Shown here: in pieces, positions 26,580 to 38,052 of the stretch
Position numbering within the stretch: the first letter of the stretch is position 1
Layout: each line of letters starts with the position of its first letter
From: Squalus acanthias
Lineage: Eukaryota
Direction of reading: 5' to 3'
Assembly (NCBI GenBank): GCA_030390025.1
Contig: CM059431.1
Coordinates: 129,706,001 to 129,770,000 of the forward strand
Length of the DNA stretch: 64,000 bases
Program-made: the position numbers and the translations under genes
Notes under the pieces: generated by a model
The model's database searches: none
Seen by the model: only the letters and a program-made list of their open reading frames with translations
What the model was told of the DNA's origin: nothing

Positions 26580-26885
26580 CTGTTCCTCAGTGACATTGCT
26601 GCACTGTCTGGTGTTGCCTTTCAGATGAGACATTAAACAGCCCTCCGGTGGTCGTAAAAGATCCCATGACACTTTTGAAGAGCAGGGGAGTTCTCCCTGG
26701 TGTCCTGGCCAATATTTTCCCCTCAATCATCAGACTATCTGATCATCACATTGCTGTTTGTGGGACCTTGCTGTGCCCAAATTGGCTGCCGCGTTTCCTA
26801 CATTACAACAGTAACCACACTTAAGTACTTCATTGGCTGTAAGGAAGGTCTTGAGGTTGTGAAAGGCACTATATAAATGTACTTT
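26580..26885 (+). mobile_element. Deu-domain SINE
   Basis: CATTGCTGTTTGTGGGACCTTGCTGTGCCCAAATTGGCTGCCGCGTTTCCTACATTACAACAGT core and GAAAGGCACTATATAAATGT tail. Confidence 0.75.
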
Positions 26886-27079
26886 ATTTTAAGCAGCCAT
26901 TCCCTCAGCTGCCTTGGGCCTGGAATTCCCTCCCTAAACTTCTTGGCCTCACTCTCCAAGATGCTCCTCAAAACCTACCTTCCAAGCTTTTGGACACCTG
27001 TCCTAATATCTCAAGGCTCAGTCTCAGCTTTTGTTTGATAATGCTCCTGTGAAATACCTTGGGATGTTTTACATTAAAA

Positions 27080-29005
27080 AGGCAGATCAGAAGATTGGAC
27101 AGAATATAAAAAACAGCAAAGAATGACTAAAAGATTAATGAGAAAAATTACAGTACAAGAGAAAGCTAGCTAGAAATATAAAAACAGATATTAAGAGTTT
27201 AGATATTTAAAAAAGACAAGTTAACAAAGTGAGCGTTGGTCCAAAAAAAAGTCTGGGGAATTAATAATGGAAAATAAGGAGATGGCAGTTGAATTGAACA
27301 GGTATTTTGTATCGGTCTTCACTATAGAGGATACAAGCAACATCCCAGAAATAGCTGTAAATCAGGAAATGGAAGGGAGGGAGGAACTCAAGAAAATTAT
27401 AATCACCAGGGAAGTGGTACTGAGCAAATTGTTGGAGCTGCGGGCTGTCAAGTCCTCAGGTCCTGATGGACTTCATCCTAGTGTCTTAAAAAAGACGTGG
27501 CTAGAGAGATAGTTGATGCGTTGGTTTTAATTTTCCAAAATTCTAGATTCGGGGAAGGTTCCATTAGATTGGAAAATAGCAAATGTAACTCCTTTATTCA
27601 AAAAGGGAGGGAGACAGAAAGCAGGAAACTACAGGCCAGTTAGCTTAACATCTGTCACAGGGAATATGTTAGAAGCTATTAAAGATGTTATAGCAGGGCA
27701 TTTAGAAAAGTTCAAAGTAATTGGGTAGAGTCAATGTGGTTTTGTGCAAGGGAAATCATGTTTAACCAATTTATTGGAGTTCTGAGGAAGTAACATGTGC
27801 TGTGGATAAAGGGGAACCAGTGGATGTACTGCATTTAGATTTCCAGAAGGCATTTGATAAGGTGCCACATCAAAGGCTATTGTGGAAAATAAAAGCTCAT
27901 GGTGTAGGGGGTAACGTATTGGCATGGATTGAAGATTGGCTAGCTAACAGGAAACACAGTAGGCATAAATGTCATTTTCTGATTGGCAAGATGTAACGAG
28001 TGGTGTGCCAGAGGCATCAGTGCTGGGGCCTCAACTTTTTACAATTTATATAAATGACTTGGATGAAGGGACCGAAGGTATGGTTGCTAAATTTGCTGAT
28101 GACAGATAGGTAGGAAAGTAAATTGTGAAGAGGACATAAGGAGGCTACAAAGGGATATAGATAAGTTAAGTGAGTGGGCAAAGATCTGGCAAATGGAGTA
28201 TAATGTGGGAAAATGTGAAGTTGTCCATTTTGGCAGGAAGAATAAAAAAAGCATTATCCAAATGGAGATTGCAGAGCTCAGATGCAGAGGATCTGGGTGT
28301 CCTAGTGCATGAATCACAAAAGGTTACTATGCAGGTACAGCAAGTAATTAGGAAAGCTAATAGAATGTTATTGTTTATTGCGAGGGGAATTGAATACAAA
28401 AGTAGAGAGGTTATGCTTCAGTTGTACAGGGCATTGTTGAGACCACATCTGGAGTACTGTGTACAGTATTGGTCTCTTATTTAAGGAAGGATGTAAATGC
28501 ATTGGAAGCAGTTCAGAGAAGGTTTAGCAGACTAATACCTGGAATGGGTGGGTTGTCTTATGAGGAAAGGTTGGACAGGCTAGGCTTGTATCTGTTGGGA
28601 GTTAAGAATAATAAGAGGTGACTTGATTGAAACATACAAGATCCTGAGGGGTCTGGACAAGGTGGATGTGGAGAGGATGTTTCCTCTTGTGGGAGAATCT
28701 AGAACTAGGGGGTCACTTTAAAAATAAGGGATCACCCATTTAAGACAGATGAGGAGAAATTTTCTTTGAGGGTCGTGAGTCTTTGGAACTCTTCCTCAGA
28801 GGTATGTTGAAGCAGAGTCTCTGAATATTTTTAAGGCAGAGATAGATAAGATTCTTGGTAAGCAAGGGGGTGAAAAGTTATCAGGGGTAGGTGGGAATGT
28901 GGAGTAATCAGATCAGCCATGATCTTACTGAATGGCAGAGCAGGCTTGAAGGGCTGAGTGGCCTACTCCTGCTCCTAATTCATATGTTCGTACGTTCATA
29001 TGTAT
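27080..29005 (+). mobile_element. CR1 LINE, 5'-truncated
   Basis: ORF2 motifs in 27267..27512, 27802..27996 and 28170..28484, followed by a CR1 3' UTR. Confidence 0.92.
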
Positions 29006-30631
29006 ATATTTCTAACTAAAACTTACTTCACCGATTACCTTCCCTAGTGCCATTCCCCCCCCCCCCCCCCAAATCTATTACTAGGCCTTAAGGGGTAAGA
29101 AAGATTGAGTAAGACAGTGTTGATAGCTATTGCCTACATGTTCCCTATGCCTACATCTCAATCTGCTCTGGATCATTTCCCATTACTACATTCAGCAAAG
29201 ATTCCTTCCTGATTTCACTTTAAATATTGGGCAAGAAAGGAGTTTGGAAAACAAAAAATCCATTCCCTTTCCCCTACCTCTTGCCAATTTTTGGGGGGGG
29301 TCGTTGAAGTCTCCATGATTATATGTATTTTAGTCATTACATAGATTTGCTTGTTACTATTGGAAAAGTAGTACCTGGATGGCATGAATTCAAAGCCAAC
29401 AAGCCAACTTACAATTACAGGGGGCCACTGGAACATTGAAAGCTCTACAAGAGCAGTGGAAGCAGAATCAATTTTGAGAAAGGGTAGTGGATAAATGAGG
29501 GAACTAACTTTGAGCTGTAATAGCTCATGCTGTAAAAATCTATGCTCTTGAATTCAATGAACATCTGCTCATCTTTGATCCAAGGCTCACATTCAACTAC
29601 ACATTGCCCCAACTTACCCTCCATATAGAATCACCTTCATATTCTAGAGCCTTCTCTAGTCCTAGGCAATGTTCCACCTAAGGTACACATGGCCACACAG
29701 TAAACTGAACGGTCTGGCAGGCTGCTCATTGGCTTTTACTGTAAATACCCTGCATGCCATTCTGTTCCATTCAAACTCCTCCCCAAACCCTTTGATTTGC
29801 AAAATGTTTCCCTTCCTTCAAAGAACTCCTTACCATCTATCCAATTTATTTTCCCATGGGACATTACTATATTAAAAAGGCACTATTTAAAGTAATGCAT
29901 CACTACTTATAAGCATTGAACATTTACTGAACTAAAAACCAAGTCAAAATGTGATGGAGCAATTCCAGTTAAACTGACCAGTTACTACATTCTTAAAACA
30001 TTCCATGGGCTAGATGATATTCAAACAAGTTGTGTAATCTCACCTGAAACAAGATTAATACTATTCTGTGGATTGGATTGGATTTTAACCCCAAGTGGCA
30101 ACTTTCAAATACACTTATTACAGTCCAGTGTCCTGCCTGAATATGGACTCCAATCTTAGGATACCAGACAGACTTGGAGTTTAATGCAAAAAAGAGGAAA
30201 GTTAAGGGACTTGACAATAACTTGAAATACCAGTCTGAGGTAACTCATCAAGCACACAAACTTGGGATCAATTACACAAGCAATTGAACAGTATATTTTA
30301 TTGCATTTACAGTCACAGAACATGTCAAATAGTTCTGGCATTAACAGGTTTAACAAGATAATTAAAGTTTGTTAAGTGGCCAACAGAACCACATACACTG
30401 ATCTGGGTAGGCATGCCCAGGCATTTTACAACTTCAAGTTAAACACTGGAAGTGTCCCAAAGTTTATTTAATAGAATTTGTTTGAAGAAATGCATTTCAG
30501 TGGCTGACATTAAGCCTTCCCAAAAAAATTATATTTCTTCACAATACTCAGGTCACAATTTGGTCAAATTAGAAATTAGTAGCTTCTCTGCAGGTACCAA
30601 TAAACTTCCTTATTCCATCATCCAGCCCTAT

Positions 30632-31842
30632 CTTGGTAGAATAGATAAAGGGAGAACTAGTGGATGTGGTCTATTTGGACTTTCAGAAGGCTTTTGACAA
30701 GGCCCCACATAAGAGATTAGCGTGCCAAGTTAAAGCACATTGGATTGGGGGTAAGGTACTGACTTGGATAGAGAACTGGTTGGGAGACAGGAAGCAAAGA
30801 GTTGGAATAAACGGGTCTTTTTCCAAGTGGCAGGCAGTGACTAGTGGGGTACCGCAGGGATCGGTGCTAGGACCCCAGTTATTCACAATGCATATTAATG
30901 ATCTAGACGAGGGAACTAGATGTACTATCTCCAAGTTTGCAGACGACACAAAGCTGGGTGGGCGTGTGCGCTGTGAGGAGGATGCAGAGAAACTCCAGTA
31001 TGATTTGGACAGGTTGGGTGATTGGGCAGATGCATTATAATGTGGATAAATGCGAGGTTATCCACTTTGGTGGCAAAACAGGACAACAGATTATTATCTG
31101 AACAGCAATAGATTGGGAAAAGGGGAAGTGCAACGAGACCTGGGTGTCCTTGTGCACCAGTCACTGAAGGTAAGCATGCAGGTGCAGCAGGCGGTTAAGA
31201 AGGCAAATGGTATGTTGGCCTTCATAGCGAGAGGATTCGAGTACAGGAGCAAGGATGTCTTGCTGCAGTTGTACAGGGCCTTGGTGAGACCACACCTTGA
31301 GTATTGTGTGCAGTTTTGGTCACCTTATCTGAGGAAGGATGTTCTTGCCATGGAGGGAGTGCAGCAAAGATTCACCAGACTGATCCCTGGGATGGCAGAA
31401 TGACATATGAAGAGATTGGGTCAATTAGGCTTATATTTGCTAGAGTTTAGAAGAATGAGGGGATCTCATTGAAACTTATAAAATTCTAACAGGACTAGAC
31501 AGACTAGATGCAGGAAGGATGTTCCCGATGGCAGGGGAGTCCAGAACCAGGGGTCACAGTCTAAGGATAAGGGGTAAACCATTTAGGACTGAGACGAGGA
31601 GGAATTTCTTCACCAGAGAGTGGTGAACCTGTGGAATTCTCTACCACAGAAGGCAGTAGAGGCCAATTCATTAAATATATTCAAGAGGGGTTAGATATAT
31701 TTACAGCTAATGGGATCAAGGGATATGGGGAGAAAGTAGGGACAGGGTACTGAATTTGGCTGATCAGCCATGATCTCATTAAATGGCAGAACAGGCTCAA
31801 GGGGCCGAATGGTCTACTCCTGCTCCTATCTTCTATGTTTGT
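30632..31842 (+). mobile_element. CR1 LINE, 5'-truncated (RT plus 3' UTR)
   Basis: [20 protein letters not shown] and RPHLEYCVQFW in ORFs 30660..31040 and 31050..31403. Confidence 0.93.
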
Positions 31843-33609
31843 TAAACACCTGAAGCAGCTCAGCAATTATAGATCAAAAGGGACTTGCATTTAAAAAACT
31901 CAATGGTAACAAATCAGGCAATCAACCATACCTAGTCAACTAAATAATTTGCACAATTGAGAAAATAGCAAATTTTTAACTATTTACTGCCTTTCTAGAT
32001 GTATACTGTTTCATTACTGCAAGTTATTTAATTTGTTAGTCTAGGTATTTTACAAGCCAGTATTTCATATATGGACTATTTGATTAGAAAAGCCAGCCAT
32101 CTAGTATTGGATTATTTTGATCCAATCCATCCTAAATTGCCTTGTTCATGGAAGTGAATTATGCACCAAATGGAGCAGAAAGGAGCAAGAGTACCAATTC
32201 AGCAGCTTTACAAATTCATTCTGAATGGACTATCTTACCTTTTTAGGATTCCATCCCAGCATGGGCAATTGACAGTGAAGAGGAGAGAATAAAAGCAAAA
32301 AGAGGGAAGGGGTGTGAAAGAAATTTATGCCAAAACTCACTAAAAAACCTGACACTCAGTCTATTCTCCTAGTTAACAAAACAAATGTCACTTCACTAGA
32401 ACTCACTGCGTTCATTCAGGATCAAAAGTAATTTCATGCCAATAAAAGACAGGAGACGCCAAAAAATTCATAGCAGAACTACCACTGTCAACTAACCTGC
32501 CCTTCAACAGTCCAGTATTGCAACAATTGGTCACAAATCTTGTGGAATGTGGACTGGGTAGTATTTTGGGTGGCATGTAGTTCACCTCTGGAATCTAGTT
32601 TCAAAAATCAAACCAACAGGTCTACCAAGATATTTAGTTGACAGGGGCCATAAAGCCCACAAATACCAAACTTGGCGAAATATCTGTGGCAGATAAAACA
32701 TGCATTCCCCAAAGATACCCTTCACTTTAATGCAACTCCATTTCAAAAGCCAGTACATCTCTACAATATAAAAAGAAACCAAACAATTAAGACAGAAGAT
32801 CATCAACATGCATGTTTGCCACAGGGCAACTTCACAGCATGATTACCACCTCAACATTTGTATTGAAATTCTACACTGAAAACCACAACATTCACAATTG
32901 AATTGTTAGATCCATGTTGCCCATTTAAGTGTGAACTTCTCAAATGAACTCAGAACTGAATACATTATACAGTTCCATCAAATTAGCAACAATGAACATG
33001 GGCTCATTGCCTCAAAACCCTCTATCTACAAGTTTCAAGTCAAGAGATGGATGGGTGCAGCTACAAGTAGCTTGACAGCATCCAGGACAGTAGTCTGCTT
33101 GCTTGCACCAACACTGGAATCAATATGCACCTCCCTACCAGGAAATCATGACAGTATGTACTATCTAGATGATGCACTGCTACAACTCCCCAATCTTACT
33201 TTAACAGTGCCGCCCAGCCCCATGACCGATCAAGAGGAGCAGGAAGGCAACAGGACCACCACCTCCAAGTCACAACCTTGTGTAGGATCAAAATCCTTGA
33301 ATTGTGTACCACCAGCACAAGAACTCCCAATTCAAGAAGCCTCCCCTCCAAGGACAACATGCCATCCATATCCCAGTATCAACTTTACCTAAACAAGTAC
33401 AAGCAGCCTTTAAATATCCTTCAAACAAAGTGCTGCTGCACTAGCTTAATCTAAAATTAAACACTGCCAAGAGATTTAAGAAAGGTGTGCCATCCCACTA
33501 AACATGGTCAATTAATTTAGATTCAAGCTACCAGACACACAGCCTCAACTTTATTTGGTTCTGTCTTCTTGGATCCAAGTTCTTCGTGTTATTTCCCAAC
33601 TGTGCCCGC

Positions 33610-33687
33610 CATCCTTAACAGGCCGGGACAAGTGCAATACCACATACATCTGCCAGCATTGCAACAAATCCCAACCGGTGCAAGACA
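33610..33687 (-). ncRNA. MIR92A: pre-miR-92a hairpin; mature 3p UAUUGCACUUGUCCCGGCCUGU at 33618-33639
   Basis: Exact reverse complement of canonical miR-92a-3p. The 5p arm GGUUGGGAUUUGUUGCAAUGCU is miR-92a-1-like and pairs with it. Confidence 0.97.
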
Positions 33688-33731
33688 GGGTTGCATGTAC
33701 AAAAGGGATACTTTAACACTGGTTGTATTTT

Positions 33732-33815
33732 ACTACTATAGTCAGTTTTGCATGGATTTGCACAGCAATAATTATTAACAGCTGGATGCAAACCTGCAAA
33801 ACTAACTAGAGAAGC
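33732..33815 (-). ncRNA. MIR19B: pre-miR-19b hairpin; mature 3p UGUGCAAAUCCAUGCAAAACUGA at 33742-33764
   Basis: Exact canonical mature sequence. 5p arm AGUUUUGCAGGUUUGCAUCCAGC (33781-33803), as in miR-19b-1. Confidence 0.97.
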
Positions 33816-33856
33816 TTTTCATAGTTAAAGTTTATGCAGCTGCAGTCCGTTAGCTA

Positions 33857-33927
33857 GTAGTACTCAAGTGCTCATATTGCAGTAGATTACTACAACACTA
33901 CCTGCACTATAAGCACTTTAATACTGC
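33857..33927 (-). ncRNA. MIR20A: pre-miR-20a hairpin; mature 5p UAAAGUGCUUAUAGUGCAGGUAG at 33898-33920
   Basis: Exact canonical mature sequence with complementary 3p arm ACUGCAAUAUGAGCACUUGAG. Confidence 0.97.
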
Positions 33928-33980
33928 TTGAGCTATTAACCGCCAACAGCATTTTTTCACACCACCACTTAGCAGTCAAC

Positions 33981-34062
33981 CCAGTCCACCATCAGTTTTG
34001 CATAGATTTGCACAACTAATTTCTTCTTGTGGTGCAACCATGCAAAACTGGTAGAGAACTGC
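33981..34062 (-). ncRNA. MIR19A: pre-miR-19a hairpin; mature 3p UGUGCAAAUCUAUGCAAAACUGA at 33992-34014
   Basis: Exact canonical mature sequence. Loop CAAGAAGAA as in vertebrate mir-19a. Confidence 0.97.
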
Positions 34063-34138
34063 AATAACTAGTTTGGGGTTCACAGAGCTATTCTACCAAT
34101 CTGGAGACTGGTACACCCAAGCTGATCAGAGTTACTTA

Positions 34139-34209
34139 TGCCAGAAGGAGCACTTAGGGCAGTAGATTCTACTCTACTTCACTATCTGCACTAGATGCAC
34201 CTTAACACA
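34139..34209 (-). ncRNA. MIR18A: pre-miR-18a hairpin; mature 5p UAAGGUGCAUCUAGUGCAGAUAG at 34182-34204
   Basis: Exact canonical 5p arm and exact canonical 3p arm (ACUGCCCUAAGUGCUCCUUCUGG, 34141-34163). Confidence 0.97.
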
Positions 34210-34282
34210 AGAGACTTTACCAATGATTCAGAGCAAGCTGCAAGCAAGATTCTGAAAATGCCAGCTTCAATGAGGGGTTACT

Positions 34283-34365
34283 GTCAATATAATGCTTGAA
34301 GTGCCTCCACTGCAGTAGATTTTAGACACTACCTGCACTGTAAGCACTTTGACATTACTTCTGAC
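34283..34365 (-). ncRNA. MIR17: pre-miR-17 hairpin; mature 5p CAAAGUGCUUACAGUGCAGGUAG at 34329-34351
   Basis: Exact canonical mature sequence. Basal stem GUCAGAAGUAAUGU...GCAUUAUAUUGAC resembles vertebrate mir-17. Confidence 0.97.
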
Positions 34366-34417
34366 CTAGACTTCAGGCACCGATAAATTCCAGGTTCTTT
34401 CATCAGCCATTTCAGAC

Positions 34418-34444
34418 CTGCAGAAAAACAAATTTCAGTTAGTC
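34418..34444 (-). promoter_or_regulatory. Branch point plus 3' splice site just upstream of pre-miR-17
   Basis: Minus strand GACTAACTGAAATTTGTTTTTCTGCAG|G. The branch A (34439) is about 21 nt from the AG. Confidence 0.65.
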
Positions 34445-34924
34445 ACTTATAACAGTTACAAACATAATAGTCAGTGTACTCGTTCAGCTGGGGAAACCAT
34501 GCTTAGTGAGTGCTGGGTCAATTTATACTGCATCTTGGTATTCAGGCGAAGTGGGTGCTGATATTGCAGGATAAAAATCAAGTTTCAGCTATTGTGAGTG
34601 AAGCATTCTTTCACCATTTCAGAATGCAACTCATGGTGTGGTATTAAAGCAGTTTGCAGGGGGGTGGAGTGATTATGCAGTCTGACTTCTCATTAAGCCT
34701 AGCCACCTTTGCCATTAAATTAAAGACAGCACAGCCATTAAGCTGCTGGAGTGGATGCCCACATCTTGTCAGGGTTCTGAATGGTTTGAACTAGGGATCA
34801 GAGACCAGCACAGTAGCCTGATCATGCCAAATTGTTTCCAACACCTCCACCTCCTAAGAGGTCCAAAAAAGTCACAATAAGTCCTTGCACATTACCAAAC
34901 TTCAGTCTGCAACTTAAGAGGCCA

Positions 34925-35100
34925 CCACCTGCCCTCAGATGGGCATTAAAAAATCCCACTGCACAACTCAAAGGTGGCTTGGCCAATATTTATCCCACTA
35001 GCTAAAACTCATTACTGTTTGTGGGACCTACCTATGTAAATTGGTTGCCTACATTAGAGTAACTACACTTAATTTGCTGTAAAGCACTGCAACATGCAAG
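34925..35100 (+). mobile_element. Highly decayed Deu-domain SINE
   Basis: TGGCCAATATTTATCCC, CTCATTACTGTTTGTGGGACCT and CTGTAAAGCACT blocks, shared with the SINEs at 2371 and 26580. Confidence 0.6.
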
Positions 35101-36287
35101 TTTTTTTAACCCCCACCCCCTTTCAAGATACCAAATCTCTCTGCAGATGGCCCAAGTTGGTAGGACACAATCTAACTACATTGTTCAAGCAGAAGATACA
35201 AAAATGCTCACATCTAGTATGCTTTATTGAAATACTGGCAGCAAACCCAACTACAGGCAATGCAGTATTTTAAATACTCCATGTGCCCTGGTGTTTAAAA
35301 ATGGTAAACTTGATAGGCATGGGGAAAATATTGACTAGTATCTTTATATAGAGGCTATAGTCCTACATGGTATAGTGTATCAAGTTTCATTGCACAGCAA
35401 GGTGGATAGAAGCACAAGGAAACCACTCATGGCAGTGCTCAGACTATTCTGCCTTTACCTTCCAATAAGAAAACTTGGAGAAACAGTCATTGTAAATGAC
35501 AATCATAATATTTTACATACAAATACTATTCAAACTAACAGAAGTTGGTCAGCTCATTGTAAAACTGGAAACAGGGTTTTAATGTAATTGTAGTTTAAAC
35601 TGCAATTATTTTACTATTCTTCAAGTAACCATTGCACCCATATGTAAAGATGAATACACCAAGATTCTCAAAAGGGCAAGAGGACATAACAAATAAGGCA
35701 AGCATATCTGGATGTGAAAAAGTATTCAATTTGTAATAAACCCAGAAGGTTTTTCAGCACTGCTCCACAATGGTTGAGGCAAATAACAGATGCCTTTAAA
35801 AGCAGAAGCAGAATGTAATCTAGCAATAAGCAGTACAAGGGGAAAGCACTGGAAACCAGTGTACTTTACACTGCATTGGTGCAACATATGCAAGTGAAAG
35901 CAAGACATTAAACTGCAAATATCTCAGCCAGTTAAACCACCCATGTACAACACAAATCCCCAAAACAAGTTTCAAAGAGCTTAACTTTGTTTTTTTTGGG
36001 GGGGGTGGGGAGAAAAAGAGAAAAAAATAGGAAAAAACAAAAATTAGAAATCCGTGAGATAAAATTAGAAATCCATGAGATTCTCACATGTGCCCTTCAA
36101 TATGAAGAGCGCTGTAAAAGAACAATTCCATGCTGGGCAGACCTACTTCCCCCACCACGCGTGGCTGCAGCCTGGGGTCGCTTCCTCCCCTCTTTCCACC
36201 CCCACACCCCAAACAAAAAAGGCGGGTCTGCAGGTTGTTCGTTCGCTGCATGCCCGCAGCCCACGCGGTGAATGGGTCAGTGCCGCC

Positions 36288-36437
36288 GGGGCTGTGGATT
36301 TGCCGCCGCCGCTGGGGCTGTGCATTTGTAGCCCACGCGCTCTGCCCCATGCACCCGGGGCCGTGGATTTGCAGCCCGCGCGCGCTGCCCTATGCACCCG
36401 GGGCAGTGCATTTGCAGCCCACGCGCTCTGTCCCATG
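36288..36437 (+). repeat. 43-bp GC-rich minisatellite, about three copies plus one partial
   Basis: Unit GGGGC.GTG.ATTTGCAGCCC.CGCGC.CTGCCC.ATGCACCC starts at 36314, 36357 and 36400, with a partial copy at 36288. Confidence 0.85.
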
Positions 36438-37933
36438 TCGCCGCCGCCACATTTTGCACGAGCCGCCACTCGACGTCGCGGGTCAACGGTCGGTCAGAAA
36501 TGACGCATTCGCCAAACCTCGAGCACACTTCACAACGGGCGGGGGGGCCGGGGGGGAAGAGAAATCGAACCGGCCGACAGTATCGGGAGAAAACGTATCG
36601 CCTTTCGACATCGATATGCAAAAAGGGATTCCAGTTCTTTTAAGTTTTTAATGGTTCGTTCCCCGAAAAAACTACTTCAACAGAAAGGCCCGAGGCCTAC
36701 ACGCGTGCTGCACGGCGCATGCGTATATGCCCCTCCCCCCCGCACAACATGGCGCCGCCGAGGCGAGAACCCCAAAAAAATATGAAACCCCTGAAAGAGG
36801 CGGCGGGGGACCCCGAGACTCCCCAGCCCGCGCTCGCCCCGCCGACCTCAGCCCCCATTACAAAAACACAGGGACCCAGCCCGCCAGTGGAGCGCGCGCC
36901 ACACACACACACACACACACGCGCGCGCGCCGTCCACGCGGCTGCCGCGCCAACGGTCTATTTTCAAATTGTAGAAGTCCAATAGCACGCGGCCACGGAC
37001 TCAGGCGGATTTAACGGGGGGGGGCGGGGGTGCCGAGGGCAGAATCAATCCGCCGCACCGGGGACACGGGCGCCACCCACCGCCGCTCCTCCTCCGGGCC
37101 GTGCGGCCTGGGCCCGCTCAAACATGTGGCTTTGTTCTGAGCAACTTTTATGAGGCGTACGGGGGGTGGGTAGGGAGAAGGGAAAAAAAGGATTTTTTTT
37201 TTTAAATAAAGACGAATGCCGCCGCCCGACCCCGGGGGGCAGCCTAAAAATAAAACACCGAGCGGGCTAATAGAAAGAAATACAAACCGAGCCGCCCCGA
37301 GACCACCCCTCCAGGCCCCGCTTTGTGACCCAGTTGTATGGATGGAGGCGGCGCGGCCCGGCCCGGCCCCACCACGCGGACTCGCCGCCACCCCGAGCAG
37401 CAACCGGCAATAACAAAGATACACACACACACACACAACCCACGGAAATGGCCGCAACTCCACGGAGTAGCCGACAGAGAAAGAGCTGGGGGGAAAGCGA
37501 GAGAGAGCGCGCGAGTACCAGGCCGGGGCTACAACGAAAACCCGGAGAGCAGAAAGCAGGAGAGGGAGAGAGGCCGGGAGCCGAAGAGAAAGCAAAAAAA
37601 AGAGAGCGAGGGTGGGTGGCGGGGGAGGAAAGCGAACCCCGCACCGGCCGGCCCACCGTACACCCGGGCCACCTTCACTCACACACTCGGGGCGGAGCGG
37701 AGCGGCCCCAGGCTTGGCCCCGACCCGCATCCAGCGCCGTGCTGCTGCTCTCGGTCGGGGGGGGAAGCTGCCACACGGTCTGTCCACGGAGGAGGATAGC
37801 GGTGAGTCTCCCCCTCCCCCGGCTCCCGGAGCCGCTGCTCACACCGAGCTGGTGTGCGCTTCCTTTCCTCTCTCTCTCTCCTGGAGGGAGCCAGGGCGCG
37901 GAGACGGTTTAAGTGCTGCGATTTCTCGAAAGT

Positions 37934-38052
37934 GGCGCGAATGCAGCACCATGTGGGTGAATGAAGGGCGGTTCCCGGCTCAACGTAAATATACTACACA
38001 CGGGCTCATTAGCATGTGGCCGAGTGTCAATCAGAGCCGCTGCCATAGCAAC
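37934..38052 (-). promoter_or_regulatory. Putative Pol II core promoter of the miR-17~92 host gene (TSS about 37962)
   Basis: On the minus strand, TATATTTA (37993-37986) begins 31 nt upstream of Inr-like TCATTC (A at 37962). Also present: E2F-like TTCGCGCC (37941-37934), CATGTG (37950-37955), octamer-like ATGCTAAT (38015-38008), TGATTGAC (38033-38026) and RFX X-box-like GCTGCCATAGCAAC (38039-38052). Confidence 0.7.

Larger units (their letters stand above)
33610..37962 (-). ncRNA. MIR17HG: miR-17~92 host transcript (pri-miRNA); 3' end not determined
   Basis: Six hairpins in the canonical order 17-18a-19a-20a-19b-92a within about 760 bp, downstream of a CpG island with a minus-strand core promoter. 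Confidence 0.75.

Noticed and set aside
32900..33600. Seventh miRNA (miR-363/miR-25-like) downstream of miR-92a, and the 153-aa ORF 32931..33392
   Set aside because: No AUUGCAC seed-bearing hairpin was seen. The ORF overlaps decayed LINE 3' sequence and has no recognisable domain.
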